In this document: positions 29,836 through 41,857 of the stretch, piece by piece
How positions within the stretch are numbered: position 1 is the stretch's first letter
Layout of the letters: each line of letters begins with the position of its first letter
Assembly (NCBI GenBank): GCA_001643675.2
Contig: LSRY02000022.1
Coordinates: 124,001 to 188,000, forward strand
Source of the DNA: Monocercomonoides exilis PA203
Lineage: Eukaryota; Protista; Preaxostyla
Length of the DNA: 64,000 nt
Direction: 5' to 3'
Notes under the pieces: generated by a model
Databases searched by the model: none
Told to the model about the DNA's origin: nothing
What the model saw: only the letters and a program-made list of their open reading frames with translations
Position numbers and translations under genes: made by a program

Positions 29836-30913
29836 ATTTGCAAACAGCGAATAATTTGGTTGGCTTGTTTTTCAGATTTGTTACTTTAAACAAATTAAAA
29901 AATCAAATTTTTTTTATAAAACAGATTTATTATTGAAACGTTAATTTACGGGGAAGACGAAGGGTGAGGTTAATGTCGAACATTTACGGGGAATAGTTAA
30001 TTTCCACATTAAACAAAAAGCAGGCAGGACAAAAATCGGTTTGGGTAACGGTGACCCCAACGGTAACTTGTGCTGTGCCGCGTGTGCCGACAATTTGCGG
30101 TTTTGTGGTGAATTTCACATGATTTTCACTAATTTTTCACTGATTTTAATGCAAAATAAACGATATTTCCCTGAAAATCATATCGGCACAAGCTGGAACA
30201 AGTAACTTGTGCTATCAAAAGTTAAAAATTACTTCCTGAATTGAATACACAACTTGTGTGCCACTGATGGAACAACTGATGTGTAGTCTGTTATATTTCA
30301 TCAATTTTTTCACATTAAATGTATTTTGCCCATTTGCCCCGTTTGCCCGTTTGCCCACATAATTTATAGAATATATTTGACCCGGTGCACCCGGTGTACC
30401 CAGTGCAGGTGAAAAGCTCGGAGATTTTAGTTAATATCTCCATGCCACATCATCACCCACATGACCTTCACCATCAACCCGGTGCAGGTGACAACTGTTC
30501 TTAACAACTGACGATACAACTGATGTGTGTCACTTATTATATACCACCGACGATTCCATGTGGCAATGTGGCAGAATGACAACATGATCGAAAATAAATA
30601 AAAACCCTCAAAATCATGGTAAATTAGGGGTTGATTGCTCATGTTGGCAGAAATGGCATGTTGGCAGCTCTTTTCAGATGAACTTAAAAGATCCGGACTA
30701 CCGGACTACCGGACTACGCTTCCAGCTCGGAGATTTAACTCAACATTTCCCATCCCCAAGCATCTCGATATTGCCACAATTTGGTATCCTGACTACCGAT
30801 TGGCACTTTTTCCAATCAAAAATATAGATGTTGGCAATCCACCACAACTCCACCGTGGACACTGTTCTTAACAATCAACGATACAACAAACGTGTTCCAC
30901 TTGTTGTGTTTCA

Positions 30914-31165
30914 TCAATTAACACATTTGTCCCAATCAAGCTTGTTCAGGCAATAACCACTAACTTTTTCCATCAACTCATCTAACAACTCATCACTTTC
31001 GATAACCTTTCTCCTCAATATCTTTATCAACTTCTTCTGTTTCTCAGTTACATGTTCGTTGTAATACTTAGTTTCTTCCTTACGTTTTTCCTGAAACTGT
31101 TTAATTTGTTTCTGTTGAGCCTCTTTCGCTTCCTCCACAGTTGCGTATATCTTCTTCCGACCCAT
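30914..31165 (-). CDS. Identical copy of the 83-aa protein in the right TIR
   Basis: Mirror of 26188-26439 with identical translation. Confidence 0.6.
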   Translation of the reverse strand: MGRKKIYATVEEAKEAQQKQIKQFQEKRKEETKYYNEHVTEKQKKLIKILRRKVIESDELLDELMEKVSGYCLNKLDWDKCVN

Positions 31166-33709
31166 TTACGATAAAACAAAAAAACAAAATCAATTATTTT
31201 TATTTAAGATCACACCAACGATAACACCAATTGTCACACAAATTCACCACTAATTTACCATCTTTGACATAATTCCATCTGTTATTTCCATCAACGATAA
31301 CATCAACGTTCGACACATGTTCAACTCATGTTCAACTCATGTATTTCATCAACGAAAACACCAATTTTCACACAATTTCACCATTAATATACCAACTTCA
31401 ACATAAATTTAGTTAATCTTCCAGTTTATCTTTTAGCTAATCTCCTCCGTGGAGATATTGTATATCAGCAATAGATACATATCGATTACACCTATCAATG
31501 ACTCCTTCTTTATAGAACATCACTGAATATTGAATCATGATAACACCTAAGTATATCAGCAATAACTCTCGATCTCTATCTTATTATCATTGCCTATTCA
31601 ACTTATTATACAAGATGACGACTACAATCAGATATTCATAAATCGATATATTTGATTGATCTTAATCGAGATGGATCTGCAGATGATATGCCATATCTTT
31701 CATGATTGCATTATTATTTATTGTTAATCATCACAAATGAAATATTGAAATTCCAAATGTTTCAATATGTTCAATTCATGCTGTCAATAATACAAATTTG
31801 AAACGCAAAAGTTAACACTTTTTGCATAAATAAATTAAAATCAAATATTCATATTCAAGCATATGTTACAGACGAAAATGTTTTTGTCACGTCCGTCAGC
31901 AATTGAAAAATTACGTCAGTATCAGTTATCATAATAATATCATTTCAAGAAATAGTTTCACAATTTCCTTTTTCAAAAATAAAATTTGTTCATGGGAAGA
32001 AAAATGTGTTATAAATTAAAAAAACTTTGATTTAAAAAATGGAATGATGAAAATATATTTAACTTTCTTTTCCTAGCATTCTTCTTTCTTTATATTTAAC
32101 TGGAGGCTTATTAAGAATAAACAATAAAACAAACACATTTTTAGAAATTTTTTTTCTATATTTAAACCACAAGCAAACCCAAAATAATGGATGATCACGT
32201 TTTTGCATGAAGCTTTTTTCTCATAAAAAAAGGGAGAGAGAGAAAGAAAGAGAATGAAAGAAAGAAAGTGGGATAAGGAGTGAATTTTTTATCAAAAAAA
32301 GTCAATTAACAATTAGGAAATATGTGGTATAAAATCATTTAAATTCGTATCTAATGTGGGTGATTTTTTTAGAAATCATAAAAAAAGATCAAAAATTTAA
32401 AAAAGTAATATTTATTGTGGTATTTATTGATCGAAGAGTTTAATTGATTTTCTTCAAGTATTTAGCGTTTATTTCTGTTATATATATTAGTTTTATTTAT
32501 TAAAACAAAAATACATACCTTTTTGATGTTTTTGTGGAAAAGAATTTTTTTGATCAAGTGAAATTAAAATGAACAAAAAATTAATAAATAAAGCTTCAAA
32601 AAGAAAATGTTTATTTTATAACAGAAAAATCAAAACATTGAAAATAAAAAAAAAAATGAAGAAGAACAGAAAAGAAGATAAGAAAACAAAATTATGAAAC
32701 CAATTTATAAATAATAGTTATTTCTCTTTTTTCTTTTCGTCTTTGAATAGCTAACAAATCCCCATTCTATTTATTCCATTCATAGGATTCATCTTACGAA
32801 AACAGATTTAGTGGCACATCAGATAAATCTGGGTTCAACAGCTTTCTCCCCCTCATTGCCCAGAATAACATTGATTTCAGAAGTGGAATTGAAGCTTATG
32901 CCTTTGGTAGACCCCAACAGACCCCATGCGCCACCATCGAGTATGCCCTCACTGGCTTCATTTCCCTCCTCCAAGACGCCTCTCTCACCCTCCTCACCTC
33001 AGCATTTGTTCCTCTTCAAACACTCACTTTCAGCGCTGCTGACACAAACACAACAGGAAATAATGACTTTTTTCTGATTTCTATATTATTCCTTCCATTT
33101 TCTTATTTTCACCATTTTCCATGTCATAGAAAAATATTTGAGATTTCATACCATTTTTAACAAGAACATATATCATCGCCAATTTATTCATAGAGCCTAA
33201 AATCAGCCCAGATAAAGATATTTCTCCGAAATTTCCTTTTAGTTTCTCTTTTTCATCAAATGCAAATTCTGTTGTTGCTTAAAGGAATCATCTATTTCAT
33301 CTCTTCAAAATGAATATATGCAAATAGGAAGGCTTTTCTTAAATATCTGTTTCCTCAGCTTTCCAATACAATTTGTCTATCTGCAGTTCGTTCCATTTTT
33401 TTATGGAATTGCACTTCAAATATTGATTTTCCATAAATAGGTTTACTCCTCATTATTTCATCTTCCGCAACTTTTTGAAGGCGCACGTTGTTGTGAAATC
33501 TCTCTTAAACTATCCCTGCAACTGTTTGTTCAAAGAAAAATTTCCCCGCCTTGTTCTTTCTGTTTCCATAAATTCTTTCAATCTCAAAATGAAAAAGTAA
33601 GAATCGATTTTCTTGTTGATTTCGTGCCTTCTGATCATCTTTTCTTGGTTTAATATAGTTCTCTCATTTTCATATAACTTCAGCTGGCATTCTATGTTAG
33701 AATAAATAA

Positions 33710-36270
33710 TTATCTGTGCTTCCGAAAAGAAATGAAAGATAAGAAACGATATCGAATTTGAGGGGAGTTGAATGAAAGTGAAAACAAAGTAGTTACTGCA
33801 GTAAGTGAGAGTAGAGAAAGAGAGTCAGGAGCTACAGGACTAGCAGAAGATGAAAGTTTAGCGTGGTATTGCTGTGAAGGAGATAGAGATGTTCTCAGAG
33901 AAGGAGAAGATTGCTGTTGAATGTTAATTAACAAGGACGAATTGACAAGTGATGAAGTAAAATGAGAAAGAAGATGAAGAGAAATATTTGTATTTGCAGC
34001 AAGATCAGCATCTGAATCAAAAGGCGCAACCATATTGAGATCAGTGTATTTCTTCATCAAATCCGTCGCAGTTGAATTCTGTAAAGCGGAGAAAGATACC
34101 AATTTTGAGAACGACAGCGCATCTCTTCTCCCAGGCACGTTGTTCTGACTGAATGTTCTTGTTCCTTTCTCTTGAAACAGCAAAGGTGATCCTTTCCCTG
34201 CTCCTTTTCTTCCCTTCCTGTGTGTCACCTCTGCTTCCTCTTTGTACGGCCACCAGCCCCTCCACTTCATCCCTCTCCCTCGTCTCAACTCCGCCGGGCT
34301 CTGCCTCAGCACGCTCTTCAGCGCGCTCATCAGATCCAGTCGCATTCTTGTCTGCCTCGCGTCGACTGCCGCATACACAGGCTCTTTTCGCATTTTCTAC
34401 ACAAATTGCCCATTTTCCTCGCTTTTGATACGCACATATCTACAGGGCACGTCCAGTTCATCGCTCAAATCTTCCAGGTCAGAATTTGCGAGGTCATTCA
34501 GCATGCAGTCCAATTTCCGCTCTCTTGTCAAAATTGGTGTTTGGCTTTCTTTCGCCTCTTGTTGAGCCTCGCTGGCCATTTTGTTCTCTTTCTGGTTGGT
34601 TGGCGTGCCTGTCTCAAGGTGTGGTTGTAGTATTCCTTGGATGCTGCTAAACAGATTCTTGTCTTTTTCCGCGATCTTCTTTTCCATTTTCTCCATTTTC
34701 CTGTGCTCTCACTCTTCTTTCTTCTTTCGCCTCCTCTCTTTCTCTTCTTTCTCCTTTTTCTTCTTCTGTATCTCCTGCAGTTTTATCAGCCGAAGCAGTT
34801 TTTCTCTCTGTTTGCGTCTCATCTCTCTTTGCTGGTCTTCAACGCTGATGATGGAACTGTCAGAAAGGCATTCACTATCTTCATTTTTCTTCGATTCCTT
34901 CACAGCATTTCTTCTAATCATAAAGAAATTCTCGTTTTCTTCTGCATTAATTTCGTTTTCATTTTCGTCATAATTGTTATTTCCATCATTTTCAGGGTTT
35001 TCTACATTCCTCAACTTTATTTGTTTTCTTGTTCTTTTTTCCTCTCTCCTCTCGTTCCTTGCTTCTCTCTCTCTCTCCTTCGCTCTCTCTCTTTCTCTCT
35101 TCCTCTTCTCCAGATTCTCCGCATACCGCTCCACCATCCGAAACTCTGCAAACAGCGGCAGCGCCTCAAATACATCGGGAGGGAGAACAAAATATTGTCT
35201 TTTCCTTCTTCTTCCGAACTGCAATCTCATCCTCCTCATCTGCTGCTCTTCTCCTGTCAGAAATCTGTTTCTTAAAGAACGAAGCAACGAGGAAGAAGAG
35301 GAAGAGGAAGAAGAACGTGAAGCACCAGAAGCAGCAGCCACTTGTGCACAGCGGTTGAGATGGCGTCGGCGGAGGAGAGGATGCATAGCTCTTATGCGGC
35401 GAGCCATTGCAATCTCAGAACGATGAGGTGGCTTTGGATGGAGAAAAAGGTCAGTTTCATCCGGAGAAGATGAGGAAGATGAATATGAGGAGAACAATGA
35501 GATAGACGGTTTGCGTGTGGATAACGCAATCTTTCTAACATTTTTTTACCACTTAGGTGACCAGGATATGAGCGATCAGATGAAAGAGAATGAAGGCTAT
35601 CCTGCAAAAAGAATCTTTGAGGAAGGAGAGACGGAAAATTGATAATTCAGTAATTCCGGTAAGTTACTCCTATTGTCATGCTAAAAATGTGAAGAGGAGG
35701 ATGTATTTCCAGATGCTTGCCTGATGCAGACGACGGTATGAGCAGAAGACGAAACGATGAGCTTGGACAAAGAAATAAATAATGCGATTGAAGAGGCAGC
35801 AGACGATGCACTTGACAGAACATGCGAAGAGAGGAGCTGCACATTTCCCAATAATGAGTGGTTGAAGGAGAACACAAAACTTCTTTATTCCAACTCCCGC
35901 TCACTCCCCCTCCGCTGCCACTTCCTCTTTTGTTCCTCTTCTTTGCAATTGAGTGCATGATATCTCTGTTTCACTTCCGCTCAGACGACATCGAAAACAA
36001 TAGGCAGTCACGTGAAGTTACCACAGGATAATCAGTCCTTGTCATTACATCGCCTTTAATTAATTATTCTTTTTTTCCTGTAAAACTCTCAAACGTCTTC
36101 GCCTTCAATAAGGAAGATGAGGAAGATGAATAACTCAATAAGGTTTCTCCGTATATCTCCAAAGGCGAGAATCTTCTTTTGTCATTCTCATTTCCTATTC
36201 TATTGAAGCCTCCATCTTTCTCTCCTTCTCTCTTTCTCCTTCTTTCTCTAAATAACCTCCATATCATTAA
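33710..36270 (-). pseudogene. Fragmented host-like gene (Arg/Glu/Ser-rich), unknown product
   Basis: Collinear minus-strand ORFs 34709-35497, 34397-34696 and 33710-34393 with coding-like composition but no recognisable domain. Confidence 0.4.
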
Positions 36271-38509
36271 CGAATATCTCGTACAGGAACAATAATTTAT
36301 TCATCGTCTCATCTGAAACTTTCACAGGAGATTGCAGTTATGCAACGCAAATTTCCCCGTTTTCCTGTATGTGGTTTTTTTATAAATGAGTTCCCATATT
36401 TGCATCCAACACGCTCCATAAGAGGAGTTGTCGACTTATAATGCGAGACAAGAAGAGCAGTAGCATTGCCTCTCATCCAACACAAACATCTATTGATGCT
36501 TCAAAGTGGATAATCGTTTGTTCCTCCAGAAGTAGAATTGGTAGCTCCACTTAAGTTAATGTTGACTTCTGCAGGTTACACACATAAAGGGGCAAATCTC
36601 AAATTTGAAGAACACAAGCCCAGCAGCGGTAGTGCAAAGTTTGGAAAGACAGAAAGAGACAACTTTATTTATTTAGGAGCAAGTAACAGACGTGAAAGTG
36701 ATTTATTATGATGGACAGAATAGAGCGATCTGTTTATTGATGTTCCTTCAGCAGGAGGAGAACATGAAAGAAGAAGAAGAACGTTGCGATGATTTGGAAG
36801 ATGTTGAAGATCTGTTATAGAATGTGATGTGCGAACATTTTGCAGCTTTGGTTGTCGTTGCGATGAAGTCCATGAAGGAGATGCCATTAAAAGAGATTGT
36901 TAGATGCAAGAGAGCATTTAGTAAGAGCTAATACGAAGTATCGATACCAAATGGAGCTGTTGAGAGGAAGAGGAGAAGGAGATCTGAAGGTTCATAAAGA
37001 AGAAATATTCTCAAAATATAATTGGCGGTGAAGCAGAAGAGGAGGTCTCTTGTTAGAAATATGAAAGGATGTTTGCTGAGAATGAAGGGCGCTTAATTGA
37101 CTCAATCATGGAAGCATCAAAGCGGGTTGCGGATGACTGATCTCAGAAAGGAGAAGAAGAACAAGGCGATGATGAAGAAGAGAGTTAATTTCGAGTAGCT
37201 TAGGAGGAGATGAAGCCAGTGTGAGCGGGGAGGACGCAGTCAGCTGTGACACTGAAATAGCAGTGGTAGCAGATAGGGTGTGGGAGATAACTCCTTGTTC
37301 AGTCTTTTTTATCTGTTCTGTTTCCAATGGCAATAAAAACGCTGGAAAGAGCATATGGAAAAGACACATCACCCAAACTTAAAAGAATAGGTTGAATGAA
37401 ATAAAAACATGAAAAGGGATGGTTCATATTTTTTTGAATTAATTGATTGAATAAATAAAAATTAGAGTTTGAATCAGTTAAAAAAAGAAAAATAAGAAAT
37501 ATGATTAAAACAATTGTAACAATTATCGAAAAATAGTGCAAACCTTTTCAAATGAAAAATTGCTCTTTCATCACTTCTTGCACGAAACTTTTTGGTTGTT
37601 GATTGAGAGAGTCCAAACAGCTGGAAAGATCAAGCGCATCAATGATTTCAATGCAGATACAGTTCAGACAGGCAATTCGATGCATGTTGCCAATATACAA
37701 ATTCATAAAATGGCCGTTGCGATCAACTCACGAGCAAAAGAGGAAGTTCATAATGAATAATGAAAAAAAAGTTCTAAAAATTACAAAAATGAAAAAAAAA
37801 TATATATATTTAAAAATAAATACACAAAAATTATTTGTAATGATTAAAAGAAAATTTTTACACACTCCATTGCTTCAAATCTTCACCATTGCATAAGACG
37901 ATCTGTTTGAAATTTTTTTCTTTTCTTTAATCAAGCTCAAAATATTTTGCATTTCTTCTTTTCTGTTTTCCTGACCTCCCTCTCCTTCGAGAATCCAGGT
38001 AATCTTGAATGAAAAAAACGGCGAGATATAATCTAGTTGACAGACGAGTTGAGCAAAAATGCAAACAGTATATGAAAAGCTCACTATTTCTAATTATTTT
38101 AAAATTATTCTTATTTGGCGAAACTTCGTCCGTCATGTTCAGTTTTAAAAATGTTAAAAATAAAAAAATAATGGGTGAGATCATTGATTTCATTTGCATC
38201 TTTCTGTTTCTCCACATATAGCTTTCAAATATTGATAAATTCTGCTGTTTGTGTGTTTATTAATGTTGTTTATTTGTTTTTATCAATCTTTATTGAAAAT
38301 ATTTTGTTTTTAGTTGCTTAATTTCGATCGTTCACTTAATCACTTTCACTTTTGCTCGAAACAAAAAGGTGAAGAAATTGGCATCACGGAAGTGTGATAA
38401 CTTATTAAATATTATTAACTTTTATTCATTTTGAAATTTAAATACTCGATATTACGTTTTTTTATTTAAAATTCAATATTTTTAACTTTAGTGTTACGCC
38501 ATATCTAAG

Positions 38510-39265
38510 ATGATGCGAAAATTTGAACAAACGAAAGAATTAATCAAAGAAATGAATAAAAAAGAATTCAAATCTTTTTTTTCATTTGAACTGTTCGACA
38601 AAATTCACAAAATGATTGAAGAAGACAAATTATCGATTGGAAATGCCATTCCACTGCTGAAGCATATGAGATATTGCAATGAGCTGAAAGGAATTTGGAT
38701 CAGGGGCTTTGAAGAATCTTCGTTGAACAAAAGATTTGAGGAAATGATGGCTGAGGAAAATGAGAAAAAAGATGAAAAGAACGAGAAGTTTTTGGTTGAT
38801 TTTTGCGAATGTTTTGCTTTGCTTAATTTCTCCATCTTTTCAGATGAAATGATACCAATTTGTGTGCCTTGCTTTCTGAAAGTGGCATTGAAGAAAGAGG
38901 AAAATGAGGAAATACAAAAAGAAGTTGAAATGGCGTTACTGAGTTTGTGCAATATAGGATGGAAAATGTGAGATTTTTTATTTTATTTTTGAAATTATTA
39001 ATTATTTGCTTCTGAATTTTATTAGAAAGTGCCAAAAGAACTGTACTTGAATGAGATCAAAGAGATAATGCAATATCACCAGGAACATTACAATGTGACG
39101 CATCTTGTTCATCAATCTGTTTGGGAGTTGGTGATAAATGGATTCTATCAAAAAGGAAGCATAGAAGAAGTTACAGTTAATGAGCTGAATTTTGTGAGAA
39201 AAGCATCAAGAAAACATGAAGATCAGTTGAAGTGTGAAAATAGGAATAAGTTAAAAGAGAATTAA
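38510..39265 (+). pseudogene. Fragment of a multicopy helical host gene family within the left Merlin TIR
   Basis: ORFs 38510-38971 and 39029-39265 are separated by a GT…AG intron-like gap. The motif CVPCFLKVALKKEENEEIQKEVEMALL is recalled from an expanded oxymonad family. Confidence 0.6.
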
Positions 39266-39277
39266 CAAAAAATAGTC

Positions 39278-39409
39278 AGGAAGCAGCAGAAGCAGCTGAG
39301 AAGATGAAGGAAGCAGCAGAAGCAGCTGAGAAGATGAAGGAAGCAGCAGAAGCAGCTGAGAAGAAGAAGGAAGCAGCAGAAGCAGCTGAGAAGAAGAAGG
39401 AAGCAGCAG
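39278..39409. repeat. 30-bp tandem repeat (~4.4 copies) at the inner edge of the Merlin left arm
   Basis: Unit AGGAAGCAGCAGAAGCAGCTGAGAAGA(T/A)GA. Only ~1.4 copies occur in the right arm (41052-41092). Confidence 0.9.
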
Positions 39410-39806
39410 TAGTTAAAGTATTATTTAGGAATGATGATTCAGAAATTGCAGCATAAATGATGCAAAATATCATATTTTGTTATAATTTTGATGAATTGTC
39501 AAATTTTAAGCTTCATTTATTTGTTATGACTGTTTCATTATTTAGAGATTGAAAAATTGAGTATGATATTTATTTTATTGTAATTAATATATCCTATTGT
39601 TGATTTGATTTTTTATTGTTAGTGTTAAATGAAAGCTTATTTTATAATATAAAATGAACTTCATATTTGTCAAATCTCATTTTATTAAATAATCAGTGGA
39701 ATGAAAAATATAAATTAAAAACAATTGAGAAAAATATTCACATTCTTTTAAAATCAAAATTTACAAAAATGTGTAAAAACTTAATGAATGAGTTACAAGG
39801 GCTTCT

Positions 39807-40633
39807 TTAAAATGTGAAAACATTTAAATAATCTTGCATATATTTTTGTCTAACACCGTATAAAGGAAGATATTTTCTAAGAAGGCTCCAAGTGCTTTCT
39901 ATTCTTTGTGTATGCGCTTTTGTAATAGGATCCACAAATCTTTTTTTGTGATTGACGGTTAAATGCGTATATCCAGCTCCATTTAAATTATTATATCCCC
40001 TCCAACAATCCGTGTATATTTTGGTTTTTTCCTTCACATTACTTTTGATTGTTCGATGTAATATTTCTCTTGATCTTTTCAAAACAGGAATTAAAAATAG
40101 ATTGGATTTTTGACCCTTTTTTTAGGACGTTCAATTCCTCCAATGATCCAATTTTGCCTTTTTGTTCTTCCTCTATTATATTTTCTTTTTGGAAAAATTG
40201 CTTCATCAATTTCCACTTCAGTTCCTTTTCCTCCAATAATTCGCGGATGATCCATGTAAAATTTTGATATGCACTTTCGGAAAGAATCACAAGCATGCAT
40301 CATAGAAATGTTTGACTTTCCACAAATGAAGCTGCAATGTGTCTGAGAAATGCCGACCCAAAAACATAAAGCCATCAAACAGATATTACAAATTTTGAAT
40401 CTGAATTTTTCAAAATTTGTATTTTTTGAAATTTTAACTTGTTTATGTTTGCAACGAAAGCGACTTGTTTCATTTTCATATACGTAGATTTTCATATTCT
40501 TTTGGCATTTCCAACAATAGCGGTCTTTTTCCAAGATCTTATGATCCAAAAGCCAATCAATTGTTTCTTTTTCTGATCTAAATATTTGAAACAATTTTTT
40601 AAACTGTTTTTGATTTTCTGCTTTGGTTGGCAT
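39807..40633 (-). pseudogene. Merlin/ISXO2-family DDE transposase with one frameshift
   Basis: CWKC Zn ribbon, VEIDE…KRKYNRGR…WIIGGIER, IYTDCWRGY, HLTVNH…HTQRIESTW. One extra T in the T-run at ~40093-40097 would join the two ORFs (IYFLIPVLKRSRE), so this is either a mutation or a homopolymer sequencing error. Confidence 0.9.
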
Positions 40634-41104
40634 GATATTTCAAATAGAGTGTTCAAAATAAATTAATTGAATTATTCAAGTTTAGATCTTCATATTTAAA
40701 AAATTGAGAAATAAAAAGTTTGATCAGTGAAATGAAATCAACAAATAAGATGCTAAAGGCACTTCGATAAAAAATTTTGAGAAATAACGAAAAATTATCT
40801 ATTTCTTGATCAAATAAAGATTAAAAATTATTTGGAATTGAATTTCAAAAATAATTCACAAGTTATGCTTCATAAAGAATAATACACAATGTGCACAACA
40901 AACAACAAATAAAGTTCTAATGAATTTCAACAACATTAACATGATATAAAATTCAACTCAATACATGAATTACACTTTTTAATAATAACAATCATGCTAA
41001 AATTAATAATACACATAAATTCAATGTATTTGTGATGTATCATACAATTTTTGCTGCTTCCTTCATCTTCTCAGCTGCTTCTGCTGCTTCCTGACTATTT
41101 TTTG

Positions 41105-41857
41105 TTAATTCTCTTTTAACTTATTCCTATTTTCACACTTCAACTGATCTTCATGTTTTCTTGATGCTTTTCTCACAAAATTCAGCTCATTAACTGTAAC
41201 TTCTTCTATGCTTCCTTTTTGATAGAATCCATTTATCACCAACTCCCAAACAGATTGATGAACAAGATGCGTCACATTGTAATGTTCCTGGTGATATTGC
41301 ATTATCTCTTTGATCTCATTCAAGTACAGTTCTTTTGGTACTTTCTAATAAAAATCAGAAACAAATAATTAATAATTTCAAAAATAAAATAAAAAATCTC
41401 ACATTTTCCATCCAATATTGCACAAACTCAGCAATGCTATTTCAACTACTGTTTTCTTCTCCTCATTTTCTCCTTTCTTCATAACAACAAACACAACACA
41501 AGGCTCCATTATTAAAAGTAATTTCGAAGAAGTCTCGTTGCTCACCAATCGATGGCATTTGCAAAAATCAAGCAAAAGATTTTCATTCTTTTCTTCTATC
41601 TTCTTATCTTCTTCAATAATAATCTTCTTCAATTTTCTTCACAACAAAAATTCACCAATTTCATCAACACTAATTCCTTTCAGCTCATTGCAATATCCCA
41701 TATGCTTCAGGAGAGGAATGGCATTTCCAATCGATAATTTGTCTTCTTCAATCATTTTGTGAATTTTGTCGAACAGTTCAAATGAAAAAAAAGATTTGAA
41801 TTCTTTTTTATTCATTTCTTTGATTAATTCTTTCGTTTGTTCAAATTTTCGCATCAT
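41105..41857 (-). pseudogene. Mirror copy of the same host-family fragment in the right Merlin TIR
   Basis: ORFs 41639-41857, 41399-41632 and 41105-41323. The ends are near-identical to the left copy and the middle is divergent. Confidence 0.6.

Larger units (their letters stand above)
25676..31677. mobile_element. Long-TIR element encoding an AEP primase-SF3 helicase (linear-plasmid/Polinton-satellite-like)
   Basis: Arms 25676-27343 and 30010-31677 (1668 bp each) are reverse complements: mirror coordinates sum to 57353 and three ORF pairs translate identically. The 2666-bp core is one decayed gene. No TSD found. Confidence 0.85.

Noticed and set aside
25676-31677. Calling the element a Polinton/Maverick
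   Set aside because: No pPolB, rve integrase, ATPase, protease or capsid, and no AG-rich termini or 6-bp TSD were visible.
39278-39409. CRISPR-like regular repeats
   Set aside because: These are head-to-tail tandem units with no unique spacers, and there are no cas genes.
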